A stretch of DNA of 64,000 bases from Nostoc sp. (lineage in GTDB: Bacteria > Cyanobacteriota > Cyanobacteriia > Cyanobacteriales > Nostocaceae), in the NCBI GenBank assembly GCA_036918135.1, contig JBALDB010000067.1:32001-96000 (forward strand), read 5' to 3'. The position numbers were made by a program, and so were the translations under genes. Position 1 is the first letter of the stretch. Each line of letters opens with the position of its first letter. A model generated the notes under the pieces. That model worked only from the letters and a program-made list of their open reading frames with translations. It searched no databases and had not been told where the DNA came from. Positions 50,346 to 60,858 of the stretch are shown piece after piece.

Positions 50346-51053
50346 TCAGCTATTGTTCAACTGCTGAACAAACGCTTGATGTTCATCTGAACTTAGCCCT
50401 TTTTGCAATACCGCTAATACCTGTTGCATATTTCCCGCAACTAATGCTGAGACATCCAGCCACAATCCTGGAAACACTTGACTTTCAATTATCCTTGACA
50501 TATTTGGTATTAACGCCACATATTCACCATCCTGTAAGCTGAACCAACTCACAGTACTTTCAAAAACCTGCCAAACAATATATTCCTGAATGCCATTGCG
50601 ACGATAAGCATGTTTTTTATCATGCAAATCTTTGCTAGCACTGCTGGCGGCAACTTCTGCAACTAATTCTGGCATACCTTCGATGTAACCATCATTACCT
50701 ATATAAGACAATCCACCACAGGCTGCATCGATTAACAAAATGGCATCTGGCTGGGGTTCATTATCTAAATCTAGTCGCACAGTTGGATTATCACCCAATC
50801 TTACACCAGGCGTAGCTACTTTATAATTTCCCAGCCAAATCATCAAATTAGCATGTGGTTCGGCGTGGGATTCAAAGCGCAAAGGTAATGCCACGTAAAC
50901 GACTCCTTCAATCAATTCGGCTTTCTTGAGGTTGGGCATGGCATTGTAGCGACGCTCAAATTCTGGACGAGTCAGGCGATCGCCACTCTCAAGAGGCAGA
51001 ATGTCGGAGCGAGAATGGGTGGGAATCGGATGTTGTGGGGGAGTGTTGACCAC
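50346..51053 (-). CDS. Uma2 family (PD-(D/E)XK) putative endonuclease
   Basis: LESGDRLTRPEFERRY, KAELIEGVVY, EPQPDA, PELVAEVAASS, K..AYRRNGIQEY. Confidence 0.9.
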   Translation of the reverse strand: MVNTPPQHPIPTHSRSDILPLESGDRLTRPEFERRYNAMPNLKKAELIEGVVYVALPLRFESHAEPHANLMIWLGNYKVATPGVRLGDNPTVRLDLDNEPQPDAILLIDAACGGLSYIGNDGYIEGMPELVAEVAASSASKDLHDKKHAYRRNGIQEYIVWQVFESTVSWFSLQDGEYVALIPNMSRIIESQVFPGLWLDVSALVAGNMQQVLAVLQKGLSSDEHQAFVQQLNNS

Positions 51054-51104
51054 AAAAAGCAGGCACTACAGGTGGTTAAATTGATTGTATCGTAGTGCAT
51101 GAGG

Positions 51105-51210
51105 ACGACAAAGAAGATAATGGCGATCGTGTGCGGCTGGAGTCCGACAAGATTTGTTGGATCAATTGGGGCAGGGTAGAGTTAAAGTGAAGGTTGTAAA
51201 AATAAATATA
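51105..51210 (+). pseudogene. Degenerate duplicate of the xseA 3' end
   Basis: [19 protein letters not shown] versus xseA C-terminus QDLSIQLGQGEVKVKVTEV; nucleotide similarity extends upstream. Confidence 0.75.
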
Positions 51211-51269
51211 GACTCAAAGCGGCTTGCTGTAGGCTACCCCACGAGGCAATAGAGGACACAGAGAGATTA

Positions 51270-51503
51270 ATGGTTAGACGCAAGAATTCTTCTAATTCTG
51301 AACCGATGGAAGGTTGGAATTATGAGTCGAAGGTTATTGAAATAGAGGGAATTATCGCTCGCATTGAAGCGGGCGAGTTGGAATTAGAAGAGGTTTTTGA
51401 CCAATTTGGCAAAGCTGTTGAGTATTTGCGTCAGTGCGAAAGTTTTTTGCAACAGCGACAGCAACAAGTAGATTTATTGATTGAAACTTTGAGTGATAAT
51501 TAG
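51270..51503 (+). CDS. xseB: Exodeoxyribonuclease VII small subunit
   Basis: YE..V.EIE.II..IE.GEL.LEE...QF..AV..L..C...L pattern. Confidence 0.92.
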   Translation: MVRRKNSSNSEPMEGWNYESKVIEIEGIIARIEAGELELEEVFDQFGKAVEYLRQCESFLQQRQQQVDLLIETLSDN

Positions 51504-51635
51504 TAGCAACAATCTGCGTAAAACCTAATAGTATAAATTTTACTCAATATGAATAATCTACTGTAATTGTAAATTCTATATCCATGTAGTAGACTTTTTT
51601 CAACAAGTAGCAAAGTATGTGAAGTGGTTTTATTA

Positions 51636-51766
51636 TAAGTTGATAGACAATGATTAAATCTAAAATGTCATTGCGAGCGAAGCGAAGCAATCCCAGAGAG
51701 CTTGTGATTGCTTCGCTTCGCTCGCAATGACAGAACGTATTATATTTATTTATGTCTATCAACTTA
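51636..51766. mobile_element. About 130-bp MITE-like element, copy 2; outer arms inverted relative to copy 1
   Basis: Ends TAAGTTGATAGACA / TGTCTATCAACTTA; same inner stem and loop as copy 1. Confidence 0.8.
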
Positions 51767-52072
51767 AATATCCTGAATTTGATAAAAAATAATAGTTCTT
51801 TGTTAGTTGCAAAAAATTTAAAAGTCGCATTTATTTAGATTTTAACAAAGTATAAATTACTGGGTCTTTATTAACTAGCTCGGTAAAGAATCCAGTTATT
51901 TTTGATTTTTAAAAAAATTATTACATTAGTAAGAATACACGAAAGGCAAAATTTGGTAAATTAACTCGCAACGCCTAATCAAAAATCCTTTGATAAATCT
52001 TATCATCTGACCAATCGTCAGAATTTTAGATATTTTGGCAACTACTAACTTGTAACTTGATACATCAAAATT

Positions 52073-52834
52073 ATGAAACCATTTCTTTTTGTAACCGACC
52101 TGGATGACACCTTGGTATATCGTACTGTGGGAAATGACGATACTTTACCAAAGTTGAACCAATTGCTGAATCAACATCGTCAAGAATATGGCACAAAAAT
52201 TGTTTATTCTACGGGGCGATCGCCTCAGCTTTATCAAGAACTTCAACTTCAAAAAAATCTTTTGCAACCGGACGCTTTAGTGCTTGCTGTGGGCACAGAA
52301 ATCTACCTTAATAGTGGTAAAACTTTAGATTCAAGTTGGTCAGAAATCCTCTCCCCTGGTTGGGATCGCGAACTTATTTTATCTATAACCAAAAATTTCC
52401 CCGAATTAAAGCCGCAACCAGAATCAGAACAGCTTGCTTTTAAAGTGAGTTTTTTTGTTCCTCAAGAAATAGCGGTTAATATCTTACCGCAACTTGAGGC
52501 AGAGTTGAATAAATATAAATTAAATGTAAAGTTAATCTACAGTAGCGAAATAGACCTTGACATTGTACCCCTTACCAGCGATAAAGGTCAAGCAATGCAA
52601 TTTTTGCGCCAAAAGTGGAAATTTGCAGTAGAACAAACAGTTGTCTGTGGTGATTCAGGTAATGATATTGCTTTATTTGCTGTAGGCAACGAAAGGGGAA
52701 TCATAGTCGGTAATGCTCGAAAAGAGTTACTCCAGTGGCACAACGAGTATCCGGCTGACCATCATTACCTAGCACAAGATTTTTGTGCAGGTGGAATTCT
52801 AGAAGGATTAAAATATTTTGGTTTTTTAGAATGA
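52073..52834 (+). CDS. spp: Sucrose-phosphate phosphatase (HAD family)
   Basis: [32 protein letters not shown]...KG.A, CGDSGND. Confidence 0.9.
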   Translation: MKPFLFVTDLDDTLVYRTVGNDDTLPKLNQLLNQHRQEYGTKIVYSTGRSPQLYQELQLQKNLLQPDALVLAVGTEIYLNSGKTLDSSWSEILSPGWDRELILSITKNFPELKPQPESEQLAFKVSFFVPQEIAVNILPQLEAELNKYKLNVKLIYSSEIDLDIVPLTSDKGQAMQFLRQKWKFAVEQTVVCGDSGNDIALFAVGNERGIIVGNARKELLQWHNEYPADHHYLAQDFCAGGILEGLKYFGFLE

Positions 52835-53469
52835 TTAGCTATCTCAAAGGAATCGTTGCTGGTATTCAAACAATTGGTAATCGGGTTGTTCTGACTCTGG
52901 AAGTAAATGGCTTGGGGTATGATTTGCAAGTTCCCCAACGCCTAGTACAGCAGTTACCAGATTCAGGAGGAGTGGCGCAAATCTTTACCCATTTGCAAAT
53001 TCGAGAAGAAATCCCATTCCTATATGGCTTTGCTTCTCCAGCCGAACGCGATTTATTTCGCCAGTTGCTAACGGTTAGCGGTATTGGTGCAGCAAGCGCG
53101 ATCGCTTTATTAGACACTTTGGAACTACCAGATTTAGTCCAAGCAATTATCGCTGCCAATACCCAAGTTTTAATTCAAGCCCCAGGTGTCGGCAAGAAAA
53201 CTGCAGAACGCATCTGTTTGGAATTGAAAAGCAAGTTAATCGAGTGGCGCAAATCAGCAGGGTTCTTCGTCGCCACCGATGGCCCTGCACCCGGAATTCT
53301 CGAAGAAGTGCAAATGACTCTCTTTGCTTTAGGATATACTGCCCATGAAGTCAGTCACGCTTTGCATGTAGTAAGCGAAGACATCGGACTACCAAAAGAC
53401 GCCTATGTAGAAGATTGGATTAAACAAGCGATCGCTCATCTCAGTAATAGCGAACAAGTTGGTTATTAG
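52831..53469 (+). CDS. ruvA: Holliday junction branch migration protein RuvA
   Basis: MISYLKG start overlaps the spp stop (ATGA); [34 protein letters not shown]. Confidence 0.96.
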   Translation: MISYLKGIVAGIQTIGNRVVLTLEVNGLGYDLQVPQRLVQQLPDSGGVAQIFTHLQIREEIPFLYGFASPAERDLFRQLLTVSGIGAASAIALLDTLELPDLVQAIIAANTQVLIQAPGVGKKTAERICLELKSKLIEWRKSAGFFVATDGPAPGILEEVQMTLFALGYTAHEVSHALHVVSEDIGLPKDAYVEDWIKQAIAHLSNSEQVGY

Positions 53470-53524
53470 TCATTTGTCATTTGTCATTCGTTATTAGTCA
53501 GCAGTCAACAGTCATCTCTCCTCT

Positions 53525-54712
53525 ATGCCCCACGACCCTTATGCTTGGATAGAAACATCTCTGGCAACAATTCATCGGGCGAACTGGTATCGTTCAGTAC
53601 AAACTATCGAGGGTCGCCCTGGTGCAACGGTGGTTTTAGCTGGGCAAGAGGTAATTAATTTTGCCAGTAATGATTATTTGGGATTGGCTGGGGATGAACG
53701 TTTAATGGCAGCAGCTATTGCTGCCATTGAGGAATTTGGTACTGGTAGTACTGGTTCTCGATTACTCAGTGGACATCGAGAATTACACAAAGAGTTAGAA
53801 AAGGCGATCGCATTTATTAAACAAACTGAAGATGCCTTGGTATTTAGTTCTGGGTATCTAGCTAATTTAGGTGTAATTACTGCTTTAGTCGGTAAGCGCG
53901 ATTTAATTTTATCTGACCAATACAATCATTCGAGTTTGAAAAATGGGGCGATTCTCAGTGGTGCAGCAGTTATAGAATATCTACACTGTGATGTTACAGC
54001 ACTCAAAATTCAGTTGAGTCAGCAACGGCAAAATTACCGACGCTGTTTAATTCTGACTGATAGCGTCTTTAGCATGGATGGCGATTTATGTCCAATGCCA
54101 GCACTGTTGGATCTCGCAGATGAATTTGACTGTATGCTGCTAGTTGATGAAGCTCACGCTACTGGGGTGCTTGGAAAAACTGGTGCTGGATGTGTTGAGT
54201 ATTTTGGGTGTACCGGAAAGCCGTTAATTCAAATTGGTACTTTGAGTAAAGCTTTGGGTAGTTTAGGTGGGTATGTAGCAGGAAGTAGTACCCTAATTGA
54301 CTTTTTACAAAACCGCGCACCCAGTTGGATTTACACCACTGGGCTTTCACCTGCTGATACAGCAGCGGCCTTAGCAGCAATCAAGATAGTACAACAAGAA
54401 CCGCAACGCCGTGCCCAATTGTGGGAGAATGTACGTTACTTGAAAACTTTGCTCGAACAACTGCCTAATCTAAAGTTACTGCCTTCAGAATCACCTATAT
54501 TATGTTTTCAATTGCCTAATACCACAGATGCACTTCAAATTGGAAAGCACCTCAAAGATGCTGGTATTTTTGCCCCGGCTATTCGTCCCCCCACAGTGCC
54601 CACAAGTCGTATCAGAATATCTGTGATGGCAACTCATAAAGTAGCACATATTGAAAAATTGGTAGCAGTGCTGAAGCAGGGCAATGGTGAGTGGGGAGTC
54701 TGTGAGGTTTGA
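53525..54712 (+). CDS. bioF: 8-amino-7-oxononanoate synthase
   Basis: [54 protein letters not shown]. Confidence 0.95.
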   Translation: MPHDPYAWIETSLATIHRANWYRSVQTIEGRPGATVVLAGQEVINFASNDYLGLAGDERLMAAAIAAIEEFGTGSTGSRLLSGHRELHKELEKAIAFIKQTEDALVFSSGYLANLGVITALVGKRDLILSDQYNHSSLKNGAILSGAAVIEYLHCDVTALKIQLSQQRQNYRRCLILTDSVFSMDGDLCPMPALLDLADEFDCMLLVDEAHATGVLGKTGAGCVEYFGCTGKPLIQIGTLSKALGSLGGYVAGSSTLIDFLQNRAPSWIYTTGLSPADTAAALAAIKIVQQEPQRRAQLWENVRYLKTLLEQLPNLKLLPSESPILCFQLPNTTDALQIGKHLKDAGIFAPAIRPPTVPTSRIRISVMATHKVAHIEKLVAVLKQGNGEWGVCEV

Positions 54713-54925
54713 ACTGGATAAATCGACCTCACAGACTCCTTCATCTGTTTGAGAACCTCAAACCCCGACTCACTTTCACAAAACTGGCAAACTGAAAAAC
54801 AAACTTTACTCCTCACTTTCGGCTAAAGAATAGTATTGACTTAAACTAATGTGAGTTCGACGGATAGAAAACGGCAGCAGGAAGGGCAAGCAAGTCTTTG
54901 GGATACAGCTTTTCTTAATGCCTGA

Positions 54926-57841
54926 CTACACCATTTGCCGAACCATTAACTGGGAAAACAATCCCTCTACAGCAGCTAGTTCCTGAAAATTTCCTTGCTG
55001 TACAACCCGGCCTGCTTGGAGTACGTAAATGCGGTGAGCATTGCGGATGGTGCTGAGTCGGTGAGCGATCGCTATTCTAGTAACTTGTAACTTTTCCAAA
55101 CTTTCACTGACAATCGCTTGAGTTCTGTTATCGAGCGCACTGGTAGCTTCATCGAATAACAAAATCCGGGGTTTTAATGCCAAAGCGCGAGCAATCAATA
55201 ATCGTTGTCGTTGCCCTCCAGAGAGATTACTACCCCCTTCACTAATCACAGTGTGCATTTCCATTGGCATGGCTGCAATATCCTCAGCCAACCCAGACAT
55301 CCGCGCTGCCTCCCAAGCTTCATCAAGTCTCATCTGAGCGCCACTAGCGATGTTGTCGAAAATCGAAGCTGAGGTAATTCGACCATTTTGCAAGACTACA
55401 CCTAACTGGCGACGCACCGCCTCAACATCTAACCCAGATAAATCTTGACCATCATAGTATATAGCCCCATCTTCGGGAGTCTCAAACCCCAATAGCAATC
55501 GAAATATAGTAGATTTCCCACTTCCAGAGCTACCTACAAGTGCAATAAATTCCCCAGGCTGTGCATGAATACTCAGATTATCTAATGTCATCGCTCCTTC
55601 TGGACGGTAGCGGAACTTAACACAATCCACAGTGATTCTACCCATAAGTTTGCCAGGATCGGCTTTACTCAAATCTACTTCTGGTATGGTTTTGAGAATT
55701 GGCTGGGCGCGTTTCCATTGGGGAATGACTTGTAAGGCATTGGTAACTGTATTGCTGACATCTGTAGTACCTTTGATAAAGGTATCAAACGCGGTTTTGA
55801 AAGCTAAAAAAGTCCCAATGGTCAGTCCAGCACTGCCTGTAGTCTCAGCGTCTGTAAGCAGTTCGATCGTAAACCAAAACAGGATCGCAGAAGTTAGCGT
55901 CGGCATCACTGTATTGAAAAGGGCGATCGCATCTTCAACGTATTGGGTGCTGAGTTCTAGTTTGATTTGCCGACTGTAATTTTTACTCCAAGAGGCGAAA
56001 GCACGCTCCTGGGCACCAGCGATATGCAGTTTCGCAATACCGTTGATTAGCTGCACTGTCTGCCCAAAGATATCTCCCTTGAGTTCTAGCAGTGGCCGAA
56101 CCTTGCGGACGAGGAGTATACCAGAGAAAGTAGTGATTGCGATCGCTACTATAGCAACAGCAACGGCAACTAAAGCTAATTTCGCGCTGTAATAAAATAA
56201 AAGCCCCAAATTCAGTAAAGCAAAAAGACCAGCGATTAAATTTACCAGAGTTGGGCCGCTGAGTTGGCGACGAATTATACTAACTGTTGTGACGCGAGAG
56301 TGAAGATCGCCAGTTGTGTACTTACGGAAAAAGGATACGGACAAATTTAACAGTCGATCCCATATAGCAGCTTGGATAGAAGCGTCAGTAACCGTTTCCA
56401 CCCGCAGCAGGGCTAACCCCTGAGCTAGCCGAAATAACCCCGTTGCCAAGGCAGCAACCAACAGTCCCAAACCAACTTGCAACAGTAATCCGCGATCGCT
56501 ATCTGGAATTGCATTGTCAATCAAAATGCTAGTAGCGTATGGTGTAAGCATTCCCAGTAACGTCGCCGCAACACCAGTTAAAAAAATCACAAGCAAGTCT
56601 TTTCCACGACCTTTGAAAGTGAACCAAAATAAATCCACCGCTTGGAGAGCCTTATCGGGTAAAGACCGATAAAACATATAAGCGATCGGACTTAGTGTCT
56701 CAACACTGCGGTCATTTACAGGCACACGGGTTTGGGCAACTGAATCGAAGATTTCGTAGCGATTAGCTGCAACTGGTAGCAGCGCCACAGGTCGGTTGTC
56801 CTCCTGAGTGTAAGCAACCAGGGGGCCAGAATCCTTCTCCCACCAATTGTCCCGCAGCAAAACCTGTCGCATCCTCACCCTAGAAGCCCGCACAATTGCC
56901 TCCAACGGGTTCTTAACTCGTTTGAGGTCTTCCGACCGAGCCGGAGGACGAATTTTTATCCCTAAAGACCTGCCTACCGCACCAGCAGCAATTAATAAAG
57001 GTGTGCCTTCCAAAAAAAAAGTTGCTTGTTTGGGTAACAACGGCGATGCTAATTCGCCCAGCGCCTCAGTAGTAACCTGACGGTTGAGATGTTCTCGGTG
57101 TTGAAGCCGTTCTAGTTCTGCCTGGGCTTCCTGCTGTTCTAACAGATTAATGTATTGCAGCAGTTGAATATGAAGTTGAGATAATCCCCCAAGTAAGATA
57201 TCAGAATTGTGGATGGCGCTAGTAATTTCAGTGGTAAGCTGAACCTGCCCCACAGCTTCTAACCACATGCGATCGCTCAGGGGAAAAATCCCCGTATTCA
57301 AATCTAGAGTTAGTTCTTCAAGCCCCAGCCAGCAGACGTTTCCTTGCTGAATTTCTATCCAAGCGATCGCCCCAGCTTCAGGTTGGAGAGTCTCACCATC
57401 ACTCAAAGAAAATCGCCCTTCTCCAACAGCTTGAACCTGAATCGCTGGCATGACGATGTGAGAAAATACAGCGTCGATTTGTCCAAGCCAATTCTCCACT
57501 AAAGCAACTACTGTGGCATCCCCATCAACAACCAACTGCCCAAAGCATTCACGATTTACCTTCAGTAGTTCTATTTCTCCCATCGGCACTGCTAAAAGTC
57601 GATAGTGCTGACGAACAAAGCTAGAATCTGTACCAAAAAGAGCCTCCCCAGAATTACAACTGAAAAGATAACGGCGAGTTCCTTCCGTGACACCATTTTT
57701 AACCGTAACAGCAAACAACGCCACAGAACCAGACTGAACTACCCAAACCGTCTCTAAGTCATCTAGCAGTATTGGTTCATTGCCCTTAATACTGTACAGT
57801 TGCCCTTGTAAGTCTGTGCTACTACTAATTTGATTAACCAT
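54926..57841 (-). CDS. NHLM-type bacteriocin system ABC transporter, permease/ATP-binding subunit with N-terminal cNMP-like region
   Basis: LRDNWWEKDSGPLVA, TM domain, GSSGSGKST, LSGGQRQR, FDEATSALD. Start placed at MVNQ (57841). Confidence 0.88.
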   Translation of the reverse strand: MVNQISSSTDLQGQLYSIKGNEPILLDDLETVWVVQSGSVALFAVTVKNGVTEGTRRYLFSCNSGEALFGTDSSFVRQHYRLLAVPMGEIELLKVNRECFGQLVVDGDATVVALVENWLGQIDAVFSHIVMPAIQVQAVGEGRFSLSDGETLQPEAGAIAWIEIQQGNVCWLGLEELTLDLNTGIFPLSDRMWLEAVGQVQLTTEITSAIHNSDILLGGLSQLHIQLLQYINLLEQQEAQAELERLQHREHLNRQVTTEALGELASPLLPKQATFFLEGTPLLIAAGAVGRSLGIKIRPPARSEDLKRVKNPLEAIVRASRVRMRQVLLRDNWWEKDSGPLVAYTQEDNRPVALLPVAANRYEIFDSVAQTRVPVNDRSVETLSPIAYMFYRSLPDKALQAVDLFWFTFKGRGKDLLVIFLTGVAATLLGMLTPYATSILIDNAIPDSDRGLLLQVGLGLLVAALATGLFRLAQGLALLRVETVTDASIQAAIWDRLLNLSVSFFRKYTTGDLHSRVTTVSIIRRQLSGPTLVNLIAGLFALLNLGLLFYYSAKLALVAVAVAIVAIAITTFSGILLVRKVRPLLELKGDIFGQTVQLINGIAKLHIAGAQERAFASWSKNYSRQIKLELSTQYVEDAIALFNTVMPTLTSAILFWFTIELLTDAETTGSAGLTIGTFLAFKTAFDTFIKGTTDVSNTVTNALQVIPQWKRAQPILKTIPEVDLSKADPGKLMGRITVDCVKFRYRPEGAMTLDNLSIHAQPGEFIALVGSSGSGKSTIFRLLLGFETPEDGAIYYDGQDLSGLDVEAVRRQLGVVLQNGRITSASIFDNIASGAQMRLDEAWEAARMSGLAEDIAAMPMEMHTVISEGGSNLSGGQRQRLLIARALALKPRILLFDEATSALDNRTQAIVSESLEKLQVTRIAIAHRLSTIRNAHRIYVLQAGRVVQQGNFQELAAVEGLFSQLMVRQMV

Positions 57842-57903
57842 ATCTATAAAGTTGTCAGTAGTTATTCTCCCTATCCCTTTGTCTCCCCTGCCCCCCTGCC
57901 ACT

Positions 57904-60159
57904 TCATCCCTCCTCACTGCTAATCAACCGCGAGTAAACACCTTCCACTTGCCACAATTCTTGGTGAGTACCTCGTTGTACTACCTTGCCGCGATCGAGG
58001 ACAATAATTTCATCGCAGTCCCGGATAGTACTTAACCGATGTGCCACAATTAAGCAGGTAATCCCGCGTCGCCGCAAATTCTGGTCAATGATTTTTTCCG
58101 TCTCGGAATCTAAGGCACTAGTGGCTTCATCCATAACGAGGATAGTTGGATTATTGACCAAAGCACGGGCTATCTCTAGTCGCTGTCGTTGACCTCCACT
58201 CAAATTGGCAGCACCTTCTTGAAGTTCTGCATCAAACCCTCCAGACGTTGATAAAACTACATCTTCAATGGCAGCATCGCGGCAAGCCTGGATCAGATTT
58301 TTCTCTGGTACTGTGGTATCCCATAAAGTCAAATTTTCCCTAACAGTGCCACCGAATAGGGTGATATCTTGTTCTACCATTGCAACTGAGTTAGTCAATA
58401 CCTGATGCGAGATTTGAGAGTTGGGTTTACCATCAAAGCGAATTTCTCCCGACCAAGGTTGGTAAAGTCCACTTACCAGTTTGGCAATGGTAGACTTACC
58501 AGAACCACTCCCACCTACCAAAGCTACTCGCGCTCCAGGCTTAACCGAGAGACTAAAGTTTTCAATTAAAGCAGACTCCAGACTGCTATAGCCAAATGCA
58601 ATCTTTTCCAGTTCGAGGTATCCCTGCAATTTAGGAAAAAGATAAGGCAATGAGGAAATTGCTTCCCCTGCTTCCCCTGCTCCCCTGCTCCCCTGCTCCC
58701 CTGCCTCCTCAACCGCGTTATCTAACACATCATCTAGGCGAATCAAATTGCCCTCCATTTCTTGGAGAGTACTGCCGAAACTGACAAGATTATTAACAGG
58801 CAGCAAAAAGCTCTGCATCAATCCTTGAAAAGCTACAAGCATCCCGATGCTGAGATGTCCGTTCATCACCCGTAAACCGCCTACAACTAACAAAGCCACA
58901 GACGAAAGCGAAGACAAGAGCGTTGGTAATACAGAAAATGTCTGATTTGTGACTCCTAATTCTTGCTGGGAATTAATTGCTTTGGTGTAATAACCTGACC
59001 ATCGGGAAAAGAAATCCGACTCTAATCCAGAAGCCTTGAGTGTTTCTATACTCTGAAGTGCAGCTATGGATGCTCCAGCAGCTTTACCATATTCTTGAAT
59101 TAATCGCTGATTCGCGTCTACTCGCTGACGTGAGATCCACTGTAATGTCAAGACATTCACGGCAGCAAAGCAGACTACAACTAAGGTTAGTACTTTGTCG
59201 TATTGGAGCATTACTAGCGCGTAAAAAATCACCATCAGCGTATCAATCGCGGTAGTTGCCAGCTTTCCTGAAAGCACATCAGCAACTTGGTCGTTGAGAC
59301 TAGTGCGGTTACTAATTTCTCCGGTAAACCGTTGGGCATAAAAACTAACAGGTAAACGTAGTATATGCCACAGAAAGCGGCTGGACATTCCTACAGACAG
59401 CTTGACTTTTAAACGACGCAGGTATCGTAACCGTAGTAGCGTTAGAGACCCTTGGAATACGGTGGCGATCGCCATCGCTAAAAGCAGTGGACGCAGCCAA
59501 TGGTACCTTTGTTGAACTAAAATTTCGTCTACAAATACTTGGCTAAATACGGGTACTGCCAGCCCTACGATTGTTAAAAGGAATCCCGCTACCATACAGT
59601 AAATCAATGCCCCAGCAGCGTTTTGTAGGCGTGACCACAGCGATAAAATCAGGCTAGGTTTCCGACCTCCTTGCTGAAACTCCTGGCTTGGTTCCATAAC
59701 CAGCACCACTCCGGTATACCCCTCATCAAATTCTTGTCGGGAAACCTTTCGCGGCCCATTTGCGGGGTCATTCAGATAAACCCACTTGTTGCCAAATCCC
59801 TCTACAACCAAGAAGTGGTTGAAGTTCCAAAACACAATATAGGGAGGGCATAAGTCTGGAAGTTGCTCTAATTCCTTTTTAAAGCCTTTTGCCTGAAGTC
59901 CATAGTTTCTGGCAGCTTTCAGTATGTTAGAAGCTTTGCTGCCATCGCGGGAAACGCCGCACTCTCTTCTAAGTTCTGCTAGAGGTACAATTCGTTTGTA
60001 GTAACCGAGCATTATTCCCAAAGCAGCAGCACCACATTCCACAGCTTCCATTTGCAAAACCGTGGGGGTCTTTACCCGTTTGCTTGGACGTTGCAGCAGC
60101 AGTTGCAATTGTTGCAAAGGATTAATCGGTGTTGGTAAAGAAGGATTGGTAGATACCAC
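57904..60159 (-). CDS. NHLM-type ABC transporter with N-terminal C39 peptidase
   Basis: TPTVLQMEAVECGAA (catalytic Cys), GVSRDGS, FNHFLVV (His), GGSGSGKST, LSGGQRQR, MDEATSALD. Confidence 0.92.
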   Translation of the reverse strand: MVSTNPSLPTPINPLQQLQLLLQRPSKRVKTPTVLQMEAVECGAAALGIMLGYYKRIVPLAELRRECGVSRDGSKASNILKAARNYGLQAKGFKKELEQLPDLCPPYIVFWNFNHFLVVEGFGNKWVYLNDPANGPRKVSRQEFDEGYTGVVLVMEPSQEFQQGGRKPSLILSLWSRLQNAAGALIYCMVAGFLLTIVGLAVPVFSQVFVDEILVQQRYHWLRPLLLAMAIATVFQGSLTLLRLRYLRRLKVKLSVGMSSRFLWHILRLPVSFYAQRFTGEISNRTSLNDQVADVLSGKLATTAIDTLMVIFYALVMLQYDKVLTLVVVCFAAVNVLTLQWISRQRVDANQRLIQEYGKAAGASIAALQSIETLKASGLESDFFSRWSGYYTKAINSQQELGVTNQTFSVLPTLLSSLSSVALLVVGGLRVMNGHLSIGMLVAFQGLMQSFLLPVNNLVSFGSTLQEMEGNLIRLDDVLDNAVEEAGEQGSRGAGEAGEAISSLPYLFPKLQGYLELEKIAFGYSSLESALIENFSLSVKPGARVALVGGSGSGKSTIAKLVSGLYQPWSGEIRFDGKPNSQISHQVLTNSVAMVEQDITLFGGTVRENLTLWDTTVPEKNLIQACRDAAIEDVVLSTSGGFDAELQEGAANLSGGQRQRLEIARALVNNPTILVMDEATSALDSETEKIIDQNLRRRGITCLIVAHRLSTIRDCDEIIVLDRGKVVQRGTHQELWQVEGVYSRLISSEEG

Positions 60160-60362
60160 TGCTCGACCTCAAAATAAATAAAACAAATATATTTGCAAAA
60201 GCGAGACTTTCACCTTGATTTGAACAGTTGTAGTCGTTCTGGATGGTGCTGAAATGAAATGATTTGCATTAAAAACCGACAGCAACAAGAGGGTAACAAG
60301 AGAGTTACCCATCAAGTGCCGCCGTAACAAGTCAAAGAGGTATCACTTTCTTAGCTACTCTA

Positions 60363-60614
60363 TCATTTCTTACCAATGCCCCCTATGCTATCTACAACAC
60401 CTCCAACAACATTGCCGGCAAGGTAATTCAAGTTTGATTCTCCACTATTTTCACCATTAAGTCCGTCGGCAGCTCCTTGCCCAAAATCCCTGACACCTTC
60501 TTTGATATCGTCCCAAATTCCTCCTCCAGCAACTGTTTCTAGTTCTTCAGTACTTAGCTCATCTGAAGCTTGTTTTTCGGTATTTTGCAAGTTTTTACCT
60601 TCATTATTTTCCAT
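60363..60614 (-). CDS. Double-glycine leader precursor peptide (bacteriocin/RiPP)
   Basis: ELSTEELETVAGG leader motif followed by a 52-aa Gly-rich core; AGGAG ribosome-binding site upstream; lies between the HlyD and C39 ABC genes. Confidence 0.88.
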   Translation of the reverse strand: MENNEGKNLQNTEKQASDELSTEELETVAGGGIWDDIKEGVRDFGQGAADGLNGENSGESNLNYLAGNVVGGVVDSIGGIGKK

Positions 60615-60858
60615 GATTATTTCTCCTGATTTTCCGTTAATTGCAGGTTTAATGATTTTTTAAGATAGTTATCTATGTCTTTCTTTAATACCTGCTTTCA
60701 TAAAAATATTAAAAACTAAAATACTTGATAACAATAAACATTCTGTTGATAAAACTAACTTTTTTTGACATAAAATATTTATTTTATCTACTATAAATTA
60801 GTATTTCTAGGACTCCTGTTTTATTTTTGAAAAAAACTCAATACACTTTTATTCCTTC

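Noticed and set aside
51544..51762. 72-aa ORF containing CHCERSEAI
   Set aside because: It is a translation of the palindromic MITE-like element.
52051..52064. NtcA site upstream of spp
   Set aside because: The spacing is GTA-N6-TAC rather than GTA-N8-TAC.
52783..52830. Extended ruvA start
   Set aside because: It overlaps spp; the canonical MISYLKG start at 52831 is coupled to the spp stop.
57842..57907. N-terminal extension MKWQGGRGDKG of the ABC transporter ORF
   Set aside because: Derived from heptamer repeats; the ATG at 57841 is the more plausible start.
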